Positions 23,372 through 24,000 of a stretch of 24,000 bases of DNA are shown here, one piece after another. A program made the position numbers and the translations under genes. Origin of the DNA: Anaerolineales bacterium (lineage in GTDB: Bacteria; Chloroflexota; Anaerolineae; Anaerolineales; Villigracilaceae); contig JBBFLV010000001.1 of assembly GCA_037478835.1 (NCBI GenBank), positions 286,526 through 310,525 on the forward strand, read 5' to 3'. Each line of letters starts with the position of its first letter. Position 1 is the stretch's first letter. Below the pieces are notes generated by a model. It was given only the letters and a program-made list of their open reading frames with translations, made no database searches and had not been told where the DNA came from.

Positions 23372-24000
23372 ATGCCTCACACGCTCATCTTTTCGAGCGA
23401 GGAGAAACCGCAGGTTACCGTCCAGGCCCCAACCGGCATGTTGATTTCCGAAGCGGCCCAACTGGCCGGCCTGGAAATTCATCAACCTTGCGGTGGGCAG
23501 GGTCGCTGCGGCCGTTGCATCGTGCAGGTGCTCGAAGGTCAGGTGCGACGACGTAGCACCTTGCGCCTTTCGGCGGAGGACCTCGCCCAAGGATATGCGC
23601 TGGCCTGCCAGAGCGTGATCGAAGGGGCCGCACGGGTGCGCATTCCGCCCCAGGAAACGATCGAGCGTCGCCTGACCACCGATCGGGCGGCGGCGGAGGT
23701 CTACATCCCGGCCGATTACGATCCGCACCTGCATCAGACCCTCCGTCGCTATTGCCTGCGCCTTTCGCCGCCCCGCTTGGATGATCAAACCGATGACTGG
23801 AATCGCTTGCAAACGGCCTTGCGCACGCAGGCCGGCATCGAACGGCTCACCTGCTCGCTGAGCACCCTGCGCACCTTAGGGGATCGCCTGCGGGAAGGGG
23901 ATTGGCAGGTAACGCTGATCCTGGATCAGACGCCGGGGGAAACCGCACGTCTGATCGAGGTCCTGCCTGGGTTCGTGGAGGAGAAAGCGCCGCTTTGGGG
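23372..24000 (+). CDS. Reductive activator of corrinoid proteins (RACo/AcsV-like), 5' partial
   Basis: Not in the ORF track because it is open at the window end. My translation from ATG 23372 (GAGGAG upstream) reads MPHTLIFSSEEKPQVTVQAPTGMLISEAAQLAGLEIHQPCGGQGRCGRCIVQVLEG...YALACQS, a plant-type 2Fe-2S ferredoxin domain. Then comes a linker ending ...EEKAPLW, where the ASKHA ATPase domain would begin. Confidence 0.8.
   Translation, partial: MPHTLIFSSEEKPQVTVQAPTGMLISEAAQLAGLEIHQPCGGQGRCGRCIVQVLEGQVRRRSTLRLSAEDLAQGYALACQSVIEGAARVRIPPQETIERRLTTDRAAAEVYIPADYDPHLHQTLRRYCLRLSPPRLDDQTDDWNRLQTALRTQAGIERLTCSLSTLRTLGDRLREGDWQVTLILDQTPGETARLIEVLPGFVEEKAPLW

Overview
High-GC bacterial chromosomal window. 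Most coding lines are about 70% G+C by hand count. Every gene I can support lies on the + strand. No rRNA, CRISPR array, transposase or integrase is visible.

Content in order:
1. A tightly packed five-gene block (55-6468): an MBOAT O-acyltransferase, a membrane-anchored SGNH/GDSL-like protein, a lipoprotein built from two tandem SGNH-like domains, a Zn-dependent MDR dehydrogenase, and a D-2-hydroxyacid (PGDH-like) dehydrogenase.
2. A fabF-fabH pair.
3. A lower-GC patch holding a Crp/Fnr-family regulator and a four-helix-bundle (23S rRNA IVS-type) gene bracketed by inverted repeat copies.
4. Heme O synthase and an unknown polytopic membrane protein.
5. tRNA-Lys(CUU) with its own extended -10 promoter and intrinsic terminator.
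6. A 949-aa NACHT-HEAT STAND NTPase with a C-terminal TM hairpin. It contains an in-frame block of about 0.84 kb with much lower GC.
7. A bacterial-type CODH/ACS operon: a small HMA-fold protein, cooS/acsA, acsB, a CBS-pair protein, acsD, acsC, and the 5' part of a RACo-type corrinoid activase that runs off the window.

Intergenic spaces carry three families of short-period (7-15 nt) tandem or dispersed repeats. All three co-occur at 15461-15690, just upstream of the CODH/ACS promoter.

Best candidates for something new:
- The mosaic membrane-anchored NACHT protein next to the tRNA.
- A CRP-type palindrome at class II distance in the CODH/ACS promoter, matched by a CRP-like recognition helix in the regulator 6 kb upstream.
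- The Cys-less, His-His HMA-like first gene of the CODH/ACS operon.
- The IVS-like inverted-repeat cassette around the four-helix-bundle gene.

All functional calls rest on motif recognition by eye. No database search was run. The taxon is not determinable from here; a filamentous Chloroflexota-like lineage is only a guess.
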